A stretch of DNA of 54,415 bases from Flavobacteriales bacterium (GCA_020437805.1 JAGQVV010000130.1:1-54415), one strand, 5' to 3'. Positions 35,873-46,445 are shown, numbered from the stretch's first letter. Notes: generated by a model from the sequence alone, not told the origin. Made by a program: numbers and translations.

Positions 35873-36976
35873 ATGATCATCCACCCTCCAGTGAAGGTTC
35901 TGCGCAGCGCTGCGGTCATGTTGGCCTTTGGCCTGTTCAATCCGGTCTCCATGGCGCAGGACGCGCCCAAATACAGCAATGAGTTCCTGGCCGTTGGCGT
36001 GGGTGCCCGGGCCTTGGGCATGGGCAATGCGTTCTCCGCCGTGGCCAATGATGTCACCAGCGGCTACTGGAACCCCGCTGGTCTCCTTGGTGTTAAAGGC
36101 GATCTCCAGATCGGGGCCATGCACAGCGAATACTTCGCGGGTATCGCCAAGTACGACTACATCGGTCTGGCCAAGCCCATCGATTCGATGAGCACCATCG
36201 GTTTCACTTTCATCCGTTTCGGTATCGACAACATCCCGAACACGATCGACCTGATCGACCCTTCAGGGAACATCGACTACGACCGGATAACCTCTTTCAG
36301 CTCCGCGGATCATGCATTCATGGTTTCCTATGCCCGCAAAATGAAGGTCCCTGGCCTGCAGGTCGGCGGTAACGTGAAAGTGATCTACCGTCGTGTGGGC
36401 GAATTCGGTAAGGCTTGGGGGTTCGGTCTGGATGCCGGGGCCACCTATCAACGCGATCAATGGCGCTTCAGTGCCGTGGCACGTGACGTGACCGGCACAT
36501 TCAATGCTTGGAGCTACACCTTGGACCAACGGACGCTCGATGTCTTTGCGCAGACCGGTAACGAATTCCCCCAGAATAGCGTGGAAGTGACCCTCCCGCG
36601 CTTGATCCTTGGCGTTGCACGTGAGCTCAAGTTCGGAGAGAAATTCGACTTCATCGCATCGATCGATCTGGAGAATACCTTCGATGGCAAACGCAACACC
36701 CTGATCAAGTCCAACACCTTCAGCACCGATCCGCGTGTCGGTGTGGAGCTCGGCTACGCAGGCGTGGTGTATGTGCGGGCGGGTTTGAGCAACATGCAGT
36801 ACGTCACCGACCTGAGCGACGAGCAACAGTTCACGGTGCAGCCGAACATCGGACTTGGTCTCAAGATCAAGAGCGTGTCCTTGGATTATGCCCTTACCGA
36901 TATCGGCGACAACAGCGTGGCGCTCTACTCCAATCTTTTCTCGCTCAAGTTCGACCTCTTCAAGAAGACATCCTGA
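35873..36976 (+). CDS. PorV/PorQ-family T9SS outer-membrane beta-barrel protein (PorV2-like)
   Basis: 367 aa with a signal peptide and the family motif FLAVGVGARALGMGNAFSAVANDVTSGYWNPAGL. The C-terminus ends with an aromatic-rich beta-signal (LFSLKFDLF). Its stop overlaps the next start (TGATG). Confidence 0.7.
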   Translation: MIIHPPVKVLRSAAVMLAFGLFNPVSMAQDAPKYSNEFLAVGVGARALGMGNAFSAVANDVTSGYWNPAGLLGVKGDLQIGAMHSEYFAGIAKYDYIGLAKPIDSMSTIGFTFIRFGIDNIPNTIDLIDPSGNIDYDRITSFSSADHAFMVSYARKMKVPGLQVGGNVKVIYRRVGEFGKAWGFGLDAGATYQRDQWRFSAVARDVTGTFNAWSYTLDQRTLDVFAQTGNEFPQNSVEVTLPRLILGVARELKFGEKFDFIASIDLENTFDGKRNTLIKSNTFSTDPRVGVELGYAGVVYVRAGLSNMQYVTDLSDEQQFTVQPNIGLGLKIKSVSLDYALTDIGDNSVALYSNLFSLKFDLFKKTS

Positions 36977-39900
36977 TGATCCGATCCATACTGTTGGTGC
37001 TGGTCCTGGTCCGAGCGATGCTCTCCTTCGGGCAAACGCCCTACGGCAACGAATGGATCGATCATGACCGACAGTACTGGCGCTTCGATGTGTTCACCGA
37101 TGCCCTGCATCGGATCGACAGTGCGACCTTGGCCGCCGCCGGATTCCCGGTCGGGTCGGTCGACCCAAATGACCTTATGCTGTTCGGCCGGGAGGCGCAA
37201 ATTCCGCTGTATATCGAAGGTGGTGAGGATGGGGTGTTGAACACCGGCGATTTCATTGAATTCCATGGCCGGAAGAACGATGGATGGATCGACTCGCGGA
37301 TGTACCAAAGCCCGGACCAACACGCGAACCCCTATTACAGTCAGTTCAACGATACCATCCGTTATTTCCTGACCTGGGACCCGGATGTGGAGGTGGTCAA
37401 GGAACGGATCCACCCCTATGTGAACCCGGATCACACCCCATACACGGCACGTACCTGGGTCTGGGGTCGAGGGCTCAGGTCCAATAGGAATGTCTATTGG
37501 TTGGGCGATGTGTATCCGGGCCTGAGTGCTACGAACAGCCAAATGATCGCTGGCGAGGGTTGGGGAGGGGCCCAGTTGGAGACCTCCTCGAACACGGTCC
37601 AGGCCAATGTGCCTGTTACCACGGAACGGGCCTTTGTCGGTGCCGGGGCGCCCATGGCCGATGTTGAGGTGGTGATCGCCGGGCAACGGAGGACCACCAA
37701 TACCACCGTGTTGGACCACCATTTGCAGGTCTGGTCCGGGCCCGGAGCTACCGTGTTGCAGTTGGATACCATGTACATGGGGAACAAGGTCATCCGGTCG
37801 CGCTTCCAGGTGCCCGCAAGCGATCTTACCACGGGCTTCCTGGCCGTCGTGAAGATCCCGCATGATCTGTACGACTTGGGCATCCACTATGATCCACAGT
37901 ATGTCGACCGGCAGATCCCGGCCGCGGCGACCGTACGGTACGCGCGCGACCTCTTGAGTATCGGCGCGATACCCGTGGATATCGGGATCCCGACCGAGAA
38001 CGATACCATTGCGCGATTGCGGATCAGCACCCTTTCAGGGACCCCAGTGCTCTACGCATTCGGCGATACGGCACGACGGATACTCCCGGAGTTCGTCGGT
38101 GGTGCATGGGCGGCCTTGGTGCCGACGCATCCCGACAGCGCGAACACGCGTGCGGCGGTCTTCGTCGCGGAAAGTGCGGTCAACGTGGCCTCTCTCGAAC
38201 CCGTGAGCAGCGATGGTTACTTCACCGATTATAGGGATATGGACCCGGACTCCGCGCTGCTGATCGTGTCCCACCATTCCCTTTGGAACGGTGCACAAGC
38301 CTATGCCGATTACCGCTCGTCCGGCAGTCCACGGCCGATGCCTACCGTGCTCGCCGATGTGGATCAGCTCTACGATCAATTCGGTGGCGGGGTGCCCAAG
38401 AATTCCCTTGCCATACGGATGTGGTGCAAGTACGTCCTGGAAACATGGACAACCGTTCCACAAGGCCTGTTCCTTATAGGGAAATCGGTCACCACTTCAC
38501 CGGTCGGGTTCAATCAAGGTACACGGGTGGACGTTGCAGGTTCTTACGCCCGTTGTTTGGTGCCCACCTATGGCTACCCACCGTCGGACCAATGCTTCAC
38601 CATGGGCCTGTACTTCGACCCCAGGCGCGTTGAGATCCCGGTAGGACGATTGAGCGCGTTCAACGAGCAACAGGTCTTCGACTACCTGGACAAGGTGCAG
38701 ACCTTCGAAGGGCATGAGCACGCCGCGTGGATGAAGAACATCGTGCACCTGAGCGGAGGATTCACGGAGCAGGAGCAAACAAGTCTGGCGACGTATCTCC
38801 GTGCCATGGAACCATACGCCGGCGATACGACGTCATTTGGTGCACAGTACACCAGGTTCCAGAAGCGGAGCTCGGAGATCTTTTCCACCGCGGCGGCGGA
38901 CTCCGTGCGGCAGCTGATCGAAGGTGGGGTGACACTGATGAACTTCTTCGCGCACGCCTATTCGGAGAGTTTCGACATCACGCTCGACGACCCGGACAAC
39001 TACGAATGGAGCGGTCGCTACCCCATGGTGATAGGCAACTCCTGCTACATCGGTAACATCCATCGCAACGTGGACCTCGGGACCACCAGTGAGGATTGGG
39101 TGATGCGCCCAGAGAGCGGACCGATCGCCTTCATGGCCTCGGTGGACGAAGGCCTCGCGCCTTATTTGGCGACCTATTCAGCGCTCTGGTACGAGAGCTT
39201 CGGTACGGCCAATTATGGCAAGGGGATAGGAGCCCACATGCGATACGCGGCCTTCGAGAATTTGGCGACCGCATACAACACAGTGACCCTTTACACCGTG
39301 CAGACCTTCACGCTTCAAGGTGATCCGACACTGGTGCTGAACTCTCCGGAGAAACCCGACCTCGAGATCCTGCCGGAGAACATCCTTTTCGAGCCGTCCA
39401 GTATCAATGCGGATGTGGACAGCTTTGATGTGAAAGTGATCGTTCGCAACATCGGCCGGATCGTGGACGAACCTGTTGGTGTCCAGCTGGAACGGACCAA
39501 TTCAGGTTTGCCGGAACCGACGGTATTGACGACCCAGACCACCTTCGGTTTCCAGGATACCGTGGTGTTCCGTCTGGCCACCTTGGCCTTCGAAGGTGGG
39601 CAAGGGATCAATCAATTCACGGTGCGCGTGGATCTCGACCCCGATATCATCGAGGAAATGGACGATATCGGCAATAACCAGGCTTCTACCACGCTGTTCA
39701 TCACATCGGGTGATCTGGTGCCCACGTATCCATACAACTTCGCCGTGGTCCCCGATCCCGCTCCGGAACTGAAGGCCAGCACCGGCGATCCCTTGGCACC
39801 GGTGCGTAGTTATATTTTCCAGATCGATACCACGGACCTCTTCAACAGCCCCGTCATGGAGATGGCCGTGGTGAACGCACCGGGTGGTGTGGTGACATGG

Positions 39901-42117
39901 CAGCCGAGCACCGTGTACAATGTGGACCTTGTGCAGGATAGCGCGGTGTACTTCTGGCGGTGCAGCATCGACAGTGCGGGCAATGGTGGATACAACTGGT
40001 ACGAGCGTTCATTCCAGTACATCCCGGGTGAGCGGGGTTGGGGACAGGATCACTACTTCCAATTCAAGAACAACGACTACTCGTCCATGGTGTATGATCG
40101 TCCCGATCGGGACTTCGAATTCTCCAGTGCGCCGCACGAGATCAGCGCACGGACCCTGGGGGAATCACCATACCAACCTGCAGAATGGCGCTTGGATCTG
40201 GTCACGCAGGACTTCAGTGGATGCTCCGGCGATCCGTCATGGCATGTGGCCGTCGTTGATCCGTACACCTTCGAGTCGTGGGGAACACGATGGCTGGATA
40301 CCAATGTGGACCCACCGGTGATGCTGAACCCGAACAACAATTTCGGCAACCAGAACGATCCGGATATCAATACCTGTGGACGTGCGCGAGTGAAGAAGTA
40401 CTTCGCCTTCAGGCAGAACTCCACGTCACAGATGAATGGCCTCCGTGGAATGCTTGACGCGATCCCGGATGGTCACCATGTGCTTTTCTATACGTGGTTC
40501 TACATGGACCAGGATGGCATGGCCGCATCGGACCCCTTGATCATGCCCGCGCTCGAGGATCTTGGCGTACCATCATTCACCTCCCTGCAGGACAGCGTGC
40601 CCTACATCTTCTATGTGCGCAAAGGTTTCCCCGAGACCTTCGTTGACACCATCGGTACCGAAGGGGTGTCGGCCATACAACTCACCGCCACGATCGAGAG
40701 CTCCGGTGACAACGGTTTCATCACCACGATGGAGGCCGGTCCGGCACAGCAATGGTTGGGCCTGAGTTGGGAAGTGGACCCGTGGGATGCCAACGATAGC
40801 ACCGTGATCCAACTGAAAGGCGTCACCATCGCCGGAGAGGAAGTGGACCTCGGGGAATTCCCGTCAACCCAAGGCTCCGTACCCGATCTCTGGAACTATG
40901 CCAACGCACAGTTCTACCCGAAGCTCCGCCTGCGAGGCAAGTTCCATGATCCGCTCGATGCGGACCCGAAGCCCGGTCAACTGGATCGATGGCACCTCCT
41001 TCATGTACCCGTGCCCGAATGCGCGATCGATCCGCAATTGGGATATCATCAAGGTCTGGACGGCCTGGTGCAAGGCCAGGAAGCATCGATCGCGGTCGCC
41101 GTGCATAACATCAGCGAGTTCAATATGGACAGCCTGCTTATGGCAGCTTGGGTCATCGATCGAACCAACACGAAGCGATTGGTCCACTACGAGCGAAAGG
41201 CTCCCTTGTTGGCACAGTCCTTCCAACTCGATACCATTCGGTTCAACACCTTGCCCTTCGGCGGCGCCAATTCCCTGATCGTGGAGGCCAATCCCGTGGA
41301 TACCCTTACCGGATATCACGACCAGCTGGAACAATACCACTTCAACAACATCGCGCAATGGCGTTTCGATGTGACCGAGGATCGGGAGAACCCCTTGTTG
41401 GATGTGACCTTCGACGGTATCCACATCCTGGATGGTGACATCGTTTCCGCAAGACCGGAGATCGAGATCTCCTTGAATGATGAGAACACGATCCTGTTGC
41501 TGGACTCTCCAGCGGATACCGCGCAGTTCAAGGTCATCCTCCAACGTCCGGGAGCCCCGATCGAGCGTATCTACTTCCGTGATGGTCAAGGGAATGAGAA
41601 TCTGCAGTTCATACCGGCCGATGGTCCGGAGAACGAAGCGCGGATCTTCTTCAGGCCCCGGTTCACGGTCGATGGCAAGTACCTCCTCACCGTGCAGGCA
41701 TCGGACCTGAGCGCAAACGCTTCCGGGGACAATGATTACAAGGTGAGCTTCGAGGTGATCAACCGCACTACGATCACAGAGGTGCTCAACTATCCGAACC
41801 CCTTCACCACAAGCACGCGCTTTGTGTTCACCCTAACGGGCAGCGCCGTTCCCACCTACATGAAGATCCAGATCATGACGATCACCGGAAAGGTCGTGCG
41901 CGAAGTGAAGATGCACGAGCTCGGCCCGCTGCGTGTGGGCAAGAACATGACGGAATATGCATGGGACGGCACAGATGAGTTCGGTGATCGCTTGGCCCGC
42001 GGTGTATACCTCTACCGGGTGATCGCGCAAATGAACGGTGAGGACATCGAGTACCGTGCCACCGGGGCATCTGAGTACTTCACCAAGGGGTTCGGTAAGA
42101 TGTATCTGCTCCGGTAA
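36976..42117 (+). CDS. PorU-like C25-family cysteine peptidase with retained T9SS CTD (PorU2-like)
   Basis: 1713 aa with a signal peptide and a PorU-like N-terminus (NEWIDHDRQYWRFDV). His/Cys dyad contexts are FFAHAYS (His660, nt 38953-38955) and VIGNSCYIGN (Cys690, nt 39043-39045). A CARDB-like module follows. C-terminal CTD: NYPNPFTTSTRFVFTL...GVYLYRV. Confidence 0.7.
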   Translation: MIRSILLVLVLVRAMLSFGQTPYGNEWIDHDRQYWRFDVFTDALHRIDSATLAAAGFPVGSVDPNDLMLFGREAQIPLYIEGGEDGVLNTGDFIEFHGRKNDGWIDSRMYQSPDQHANPYYSQFNDTIRYFLTWDPDVEVVKERIHPYVNPDHTPYTARTWVWGRGLRSNRNVYWLGDVYPGLSATNSQMIAGEGWGGAQLETSSNTVQANVPVTTERAFVGAGAPMADVEVVIAGQRRTTNTTVLDHHLQVWSGPGATVLQLDTMYMGNKVIRSRFQVPASDLTTGFLAVVKIPHDLYDLGIHYDPQYVDRQIPAAATVRYARDLLSIGAIPVDIGIPTENDTIARLRISTLSGTPVLYAFGDTARRILPEFVGGAWAALVPTHPDSANTRAAVFVAESAVNVASLEPVSSDGYFTDYRDMDPDSALLIVSHHSLWNGAQAYADYRSSGSPRPMPTVLADVDQLYDQFGGGVPKNSLAIRMWCKYVLETWTTVPQGLFLIGKSVTTSPVGFNQGTRVDVAGSYARCLVPTYGYPPSDQCFTMGLYFDPRRVEIPVGRLSAFNEQQVFDYLDKVQTFEGHEHAAWMKNIVHLSGGFTEQEQTSLATYLRAMEPYAGDTTSFGAQYTRFQKRSSEIFSTAAADSVRQLIEGGVTLMNFFAHAYSESFDITLDDPDNYEWSGRYPMVIGNSCYIGNIHRNVDLGTTSEDWVMRPESGPIAFMASVDEGLAPYLATYSALWYESFGTANYGKGIGAHMRYAAFENLATAYNTVTLYTVQTFTLQGDPTLVLNSPEKPDLEILPENILFEPSSINADVDSFDVKVIVRNIGRIVDEPVGVQLERTNSGLPEPTVLTTQTTFGFQDTVVFRLATLAFEGGQGINQFTVRVDLDPDIIEEMDDIGNNQASTTLFITSGDLVPTYPYNFAVVPDPAPELKASTGDPLAPVRSYIFQIDTTDLFNSPVMEMAVVNAPGGVVTWQPSTVYNVDLVQDSAVYFWRCSIDSAGNGGYNWYERSFQYIPGERGWGQDHYFQFKNNDYSSMVYDRPDRDFEFSSAPHEISARTLGESPYQPAEWRLDLVTQDFSGCSGDPSWHVAVVDPYTFESWGTRWLDTNVDPPVMLNPNNNFGNQNDPDINTCGRARVKKYFAFRQNSTSQMNGLRGMLDAIPDGHHVLFYTWFYMDQDGMAASDPLIMPALEDLGVPSFTSLQDSVPYIFYVRKGFPETFVDTIGTEGVSAIQLTATIESSGDNGFITTMEAGPAQQWLGLSWEVDPWDANDSTVIQLKGVTIAGEEVDLGEFPSTQGSVPDLWNYANAQFYPKLRLRGKFHDPLDADPKPGQLDRWHLLHVPVPECAIDPQLGYHQGLDGLVQGQEASIAVAVHNISEFNMDSLLMAAWVIDRTNTKRLVHYERKAPLLAQSFQLDTIRFNTLPFGGANSLIVEANPVDTLTGYHDQLEQYHFNNIAQWRFDVTEDRENPLLDVTFDGIHILDGDIVSARPEIEISLNDENTILLLDSPADTAQFKVILQRPGAPIERIYFRDGQGNENLQFIPADGPENEARIFFRPRFTVDGKYLLTVQASDLSANASGDNDYKVSFEVINRTTITEVLNYPNPFTTSTRFVFTLTGSAVPTYMKIQIMTITGKVVREVKMHELGPLRVGKNMTEYAWDGTDEFGDRLARGVYLYRVIAQMNGEDIEYRATGASEYFTKGFGKMYLLR

Positions 42118-42153
42118 CCTCCCCATCGGGCCGCGTACTTTCGTGACCCGCAC

Positions 42154-43848
42154 ATGGTGCCATCCCGTTCCCTCATCCTACTTTGGGCTGCGACCAGCGG
42201 CGTGCTTTGGGCGCTTGCGTGGCCGGGGATCGGTGGATTCGCACCATTGGCTTTCGTTGCCTGGTTGCCGTTGCTCCATGCCGAGCGGCTCCATGACCAA
42301 CGCACTGCAGGGAGACCTCGCGCGTTCGTGCCATACGCGCTGCTCGCTGTGTTCATTTGGAATGCAAGCACCTCCTGGTGGTTCTTCTGTGTCAGCGAAC
42401 CCATCGGCACACGCCTGATCAGCGGCTTCGCACCCATGGTCGTGAATTCCTCGCTCATGATCATCCCGTGGTGGATGAAGCGCTTGGTGCACCGGGCTGT
42501 CGACCCGCGCACTGCGGCTTACGGTTTCATGTTCTTCTGGTTGTCGTTCGAGTACCTGCACCATGATTGGGACCTGCAATGGCCGTGGTTCTCTATCGGC
42601 AACGTGTTCGCCGAGGATCCCGCCTGGATCCAGTGGTACGAGTACAGCGGGACCCTTGGCGGTACCGCATGGGTACTGCTCTTCACCTTTTTTGCAGATC
42701 ACGCTGTATCCTGTTGGACCAGCCGGACAAGGCGTGCTTGGGTCCAAGCGGTCCTCGCCGCCACCACCTTGGCCTTGCCCTTGATGGCATCGGTGCTTCG
42801 CTTCCGCACCTACCCTGTGAACGAAGGTCGGACCATCGAAGCGGTGGTCGTGCAGCCATGCGTGGACCCATACACGGAAAAGTTCGGAGGGCTGGATCCC
42901 ATGATGCAACTCGATGCCATGCTGGCATTGGCGGAAGGGGTGATGACCGATTCCACGGCACTGGTGGTGATGCCGGAAACGGCATTGCAGGAAGGGGCCA
43001 TGGTGGACTTGAGCGGCCCTGAACCCATATTCCATGGGCTCTGGGAGAACGAATTGGGTTCCTCCCGCAGTGCGCGGCGGCTTGCGGCATTTCAGGGGAA
43101 GTATCCAAGTGCAGTCATTCTTGCCGGCATGTCCGCGGAATATTTGTACCCACGGGACTTCGTTCCACCGGTGTCTGCGAGGCCGGTGTTCCGCCTCATG
43201 CCCGGGGACGATGAACGACAACGCTGGTACGAGGCATACAACGCTGCGATGTTCTTGCCGTCGAGCGGTCCACTGGAGCATTACAACAAGTCGAAACTGG
43301 TCGCCGGAGTGGAGCTCATGCCCTTCGAAGCGGTGCTCGGCCATATCTCCGCACTGTCGGTGGACCTGGGCGGAACTTCCGGAAGCCTCGGAACACAGGA
43401 GGAACGAGCGGTGTTGAAGGATAAGACCCATGCGCTGGGATTGATCCCCGCGATTTGCTACGAATCGGTGTTCGGTGAGCACATCGCGGCGCATGTCCGG
43501 AACGGAGGCAACCTTATCGCCATCATCACCAACGACGGCTGGTGGGCGGATTCGCCTGGATATCGACAGCACCTTTCCTTCGCTTCCATCCGCGCTATCG
43601 AGAGCAGGCGTGATGTGGTGCGTTCGGCGAATACCGGCATCTCCTGTTTCGTGGACCGGACCGGGGTGATCCACCAAGCAACGCCCTGGTGGGTCCCAAC
43701 AGCGATACGAGGGTCGGTGCATCTGAACAATGAACTGACATTCTACGTGCGCCATGGCGATCAGCTCGGCAGAGTGGCCATCGTGTTCGCTGTGCTTCTC
43801 CTTCTGCTGTCCTTGGCCCGTCTTGTGAAGAAGCGATCAGCGCTGTAG
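42154..43848 (+). CDS. lnt: Apolipoprotein N-acyltransferase
   Basis: 564 aa with an N-terminal polytopic domain and a CN-hydrolase domain. E-K-C triad contexts: VVMPETAL, YNKSKLVAG, ICYESVFGEH. Confidence 0.85.
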   Translation: MVPSRSLILLWAATSGVLWALAWPGIGGFAPLAFVAWLPLLHAERLHDQRTAGRPRAFVPYALLAVFIWNASTSWWFFCVSEPIGTRLISGFAPMVVNSSLMIIPWWMKRLVHRAVDPRTAAYGFMFFWLSFEYLHHDWDLQWPWFSIGNVFAEDPAWIQWYEYSGTLGGTAWVLLFTFFADHAVSCWTSRTRRAWVQAVLAATTLALPLMASVLRFRTYPVNEGRTIEAVVVQPCVDPYTEKFGGLDPMMQLDAMLALAEGVMTDSTALVVMPETALQEGAMVDLSGPEPIFHGLWENELGSSRSARRLAAFQGKYPSAVILAGMSAEYLYPRDFVPPVSARPVFRLMPGDDERQRWYEAYNAAMFLPSSGPLEHYNKSKLVAGVELMPFEAVLGHISALSVDLGGTSGSLGTQEERAVLKDKTHALGLIPAICYESVFGEHIAAHVRNGGNLIAIITNDGWWADSPGYRQHLSFASIRAIESRRDVVRSANTGISCFVDRTGVIHQATPWWVPTAIRGSVHLNNELTFYVRHGDQLGRVAIVFAVLLLLLSLARLVKKRSAL

Positions 43849-43882
43849 GGTGCTCGACGGGTCGCGGTAACTTCGTCCGACC

Positions 43883-45124
43883 TTGGAAGAGCGTATTCGC
43901 ATATCGATCCCGGATGCCACCTCGGTGGATTGGGGTTTCCTCCGTGACGAGCCGTATTTCCTGTATCGATTGATCTCCGATCAGGACCGAGCGGTGCTTG
44001 GCGTGGGCTGCATAAGGCAGTTGGACGAACCGGTGTTCAATGATCACGGAGCAGTGGAGGACTGGTGCTTCGGTGCCCTTCGATATGAATGGAAGGACGC
44101 CTTGGAACCAGCTTTGGGCCGTTCCAAAGAGCAAGTGAGCGAGCCGCATTGCCGCTGGTTCATCCCGCGATTCGTGGTCGAATGGAAAGGAGAAGAAGTG
44201 AGCATGCATGTGTTGCACGAGGACTCTGTGGTTGCTCGCGAATGGGCTTCGGGATTCTTCCGCCACGGTGCCAAGGTCCCGGTCGGGCCTGAATTCGAAT
44301 GGGTGGAGCAATTCGATCGTGGAGGGTATCTGGGAGAAGTGGCGGTGCTCATGCAGCACATCCGCCGGGGAGATATCTATGAGGTGAACTATTGCATTCC
44401 GCGCAGGGCCCGATCCAACACCTTCGACCCCTTTGGGGCCTTTGCACGGCTGTTGGAGAGGTCCGCTGCTCCCTATGCCGGGTTCTTCAGATGGAACGAT
44501 GCGTTCGCCGTGTGCGCGAGCCCTGAACGGTTCATGGCGTTCGAGAAGGACCGCATCCTCGGTCAGCCGATGAAGGGAACACGGCCGCGTTCATTGGACC
44601 GACAGGTGGATGAGCGCTTACGAAGGGAATTGGCCGCAGATGAAAAGGAACGTAGCGAGAACGTGATGGCCTTGGATGTGATGCGCCATGACTTTTCCAA
44701 GGTGGCAGCGCCCGGTTCGGTGCTTGTCCGGGATCTTTGTGCGGTGGTCTCTTTGCCCAAAGTGCATCAAATGGTCAGTACGGTAAGTGCGAGCTTGCGC
44801 AGTGGTCTCACACCGTACGATGCCCTTGCTGCCGCATTTCCCATGGCCAGCATGACCGGTGCGCCGAAGGTGCGGGCCATGCAGCTCATCGAGGCCGCGG
44901 AGAAGGGTCCGCGTGGTTTGTTCAGCGGTAGTCTCGGCTTCTTCGCACCGGATGGGACCGGGGATTGGAACGTGGTGATCCGTTCACTTCTTTTCGACGC
45001 CGCTACGGGTGGTGCATCGATCCATACCGGGAGTGCGATCACCGCGATGTGCGACCCGGAAATGGAATGGGAGGAATGCCAGTTGAAGGCCCGTTCGGTC
45101 ATTGATGCCATCGGCCATGCATGA
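43883..45124 (+). CDS. pabB: Aminodeoxychorismate synthase component I / chorismate-binding enzyme
   Basis: 413 aa with a TTG start. Contains SPERFM, PMKGTRPR and AAFPMASMTGAPKVRAMQLIE..RGLFSGSLGFF. Confidence 0.8.
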   Translation: MEERIRISIPDATSVDWGFLRDEPYFLYRLISDQDRAVLGVGCIRQLDEPVFNDHGAVEDWCFGALRYEWKDALEPALGRSKEQVSEPHCRWFIPRFVVEWKGEEVSMHVLHEDSVVAREWASGFFRHGAKVPVGPEFEWVEQFDRGGYLGEVAVLMQHIRRGDIYEVNYCIPRRARSNTFDPFGAFARLLERSAAPYAGFFRWNDAFAVCASPERFMAFEKDRILGQPMKGTRPRSLDRQVDERLRRELAADEKERSENVMALDVMRHDFSKVAAPGSVLVRDLCAVVSLPKVHQMVSTVSASLRSGLTPYDALAAAFPMASMTGAPKVRAMQLIEAAEKGPRGLFSGSLGFFAPDGTGDWNVVIRSLLFDAATGGASIHTGSAITAMCDPEMEWEECQLKARSVIDAIGHA

Positions 45125-46445
45125 TCTTGTCATGGGCACGATCGAGCGCCATGCGCTGGCTCGGTCCGGGGAGGCGCTGTGGGTGGCGGTGAGCGGCGGG
45201 GTGGACAGTATGGTGCTCTTGCACGTTCTTCGATCCTTGGGCCACTCCTGTCATGTGGCCCACGTGGATCATGGCCTGCGTGGCGTGGAAAGCGCGGCCG
45301 ATCGTGCTTTCGTGAGGCAATACTGTGAGCAGGAACGCATCCCTTTCCTGGACCACACGGTCGAAGTGTATTCAAGGGCTCAAGCGGATGGGTTGAGCAC
45401 GCAAATGGCTGCGAGGGAATTGCGCTATGCATGGTTCCGCGCGTTGGTCGATGGAGGTCCGCATACGCTGTGCTTGGCGCACCATTTGGACGATGCCATT
45501 GAGAGCCTGTTCTTGGGACTTCTGCATGGGCTCGGGACCCGGGGATGGAGGAGTATCCCATACAGGAGCGGTCCATTCGTCAGGCCGTTACGTGATGTGG
45601 GTCGGGCCGCGATCCTCGAATACGCGCATGCGCATGGAATTCCTTGGCGGGAGGATATCAGCAACAGGGACCCTCGCTACCTGCGGAATCGGATCCGGCA
45701 TGAACTGCTTCCGATGTTGGAGGAATGGCGACCTGGAGTGGAACGCACACTGGAACGGAATACCGTGCTTCTCTCCGAGATGCAAGGGCTTACGCAACGG
45801 ACGGTGGAGGAGGCATTGACCCGGGTGACCACCGAAAGTGATGGGTCACAACGGATCCGGTTCGAGGTCATCCTGAAGGATGGAATACCACGATCCCTGC
45901 TTCATGAACTCCTTCGCGGTAAGGACTTCCATCCTGACGTGGTCGTGCAGATCGTCGAAGCAATGGAACGCAATAGTGTTGGCGCACGTTTCCTCAGCGG
46001 TGCATACCAAGTGCTCGTGGATCGGGAGGAACTGTTCATCGCTCCGCGTGAGATGGATCTCCCGCAGTGGACCATCAGTTCGCCTACTGAAATACCCGTC
46101 GGTGCCCCATTAGCGATCGCTTCGGTCAACGCTTCCGATATCGATCCTGAAGCCGGCCAGGACATCGCATGGTTGGACCTCGAACGGCTGACTTTTCCGT
46201 TGGTACTGAGGCCATGGAGAAGCGGCGATAGGATCCGTCCCGTGGGAATTGCGGGAACCAAGCTCGTAAGCGATATCCTGATCGACGCCAGAATGCCGCG
46301 GATCGTGAAGGATCGTACATACGTGCTCCTGGACCAGGAGCGTGTCATTTGGGTTTGCGGCCATCGGATCGCACGCGATGCGCGTGCGGGCAGCAATGGA
46401 ACAAATGTGCTCCGCTTCACATGGAACCCGAAGGGCCTTCATTGA
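45105..46445 (+). CDS. tilS: tRNA(Ile)-lysidine synthetase
   Basis: PP-loop VAVSGGVDSMVLLHVL. The length and C-terminal domain fit TilS. The start ATG is at 45105 (or 45117) and overlaps the pabB 3' end. Confidence 0.9.
   Translation: MPSAMHDLVMGTIERHALARSGEALWVAVSGGVDSMVLLHVLRSLGHSCHVAHVDHGLRGVESAADRAFVRQYCEQERIPFLDHTVEVYSRAQADGLSTQMAARELRYAWFRALVDGGPHTLCLAHHLDDAIESLFLGLLHGLGTRGWRSIPYRSGPFVRPLRDVGRAAILEYAHAHGIPWREDISNRDPRYLRNRIRHELLPMLEEWRPGVERTLERNTVLLSEMQGLTQRTVEEALTRVTTESDGSQRIRFEVILKDGIPRSLLHELLRGKDFHPDVVVQIVEAMERNSVGARFLSGAYQVLVDREELFIAPREMDLPQWTISSPTEIPVGAPLAIASVNASDIDPEAGQDIAWLDLERLTFPLVLRPWRSGDRIRPVGIAGTKLVSDILIDARMPRIVKDRTYVLLDQERVIWVCGHRIARDARAGSNGTNVLRFTWNPKGLH

Noticed and set aside
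42178-43755. 525-aa ORF antisense to lnt
   Set aside because: It is a shadow ORF: Arg/Pro/His-rich with no recognisable domain. The lnt frame carries the E-K-C triad contexts.
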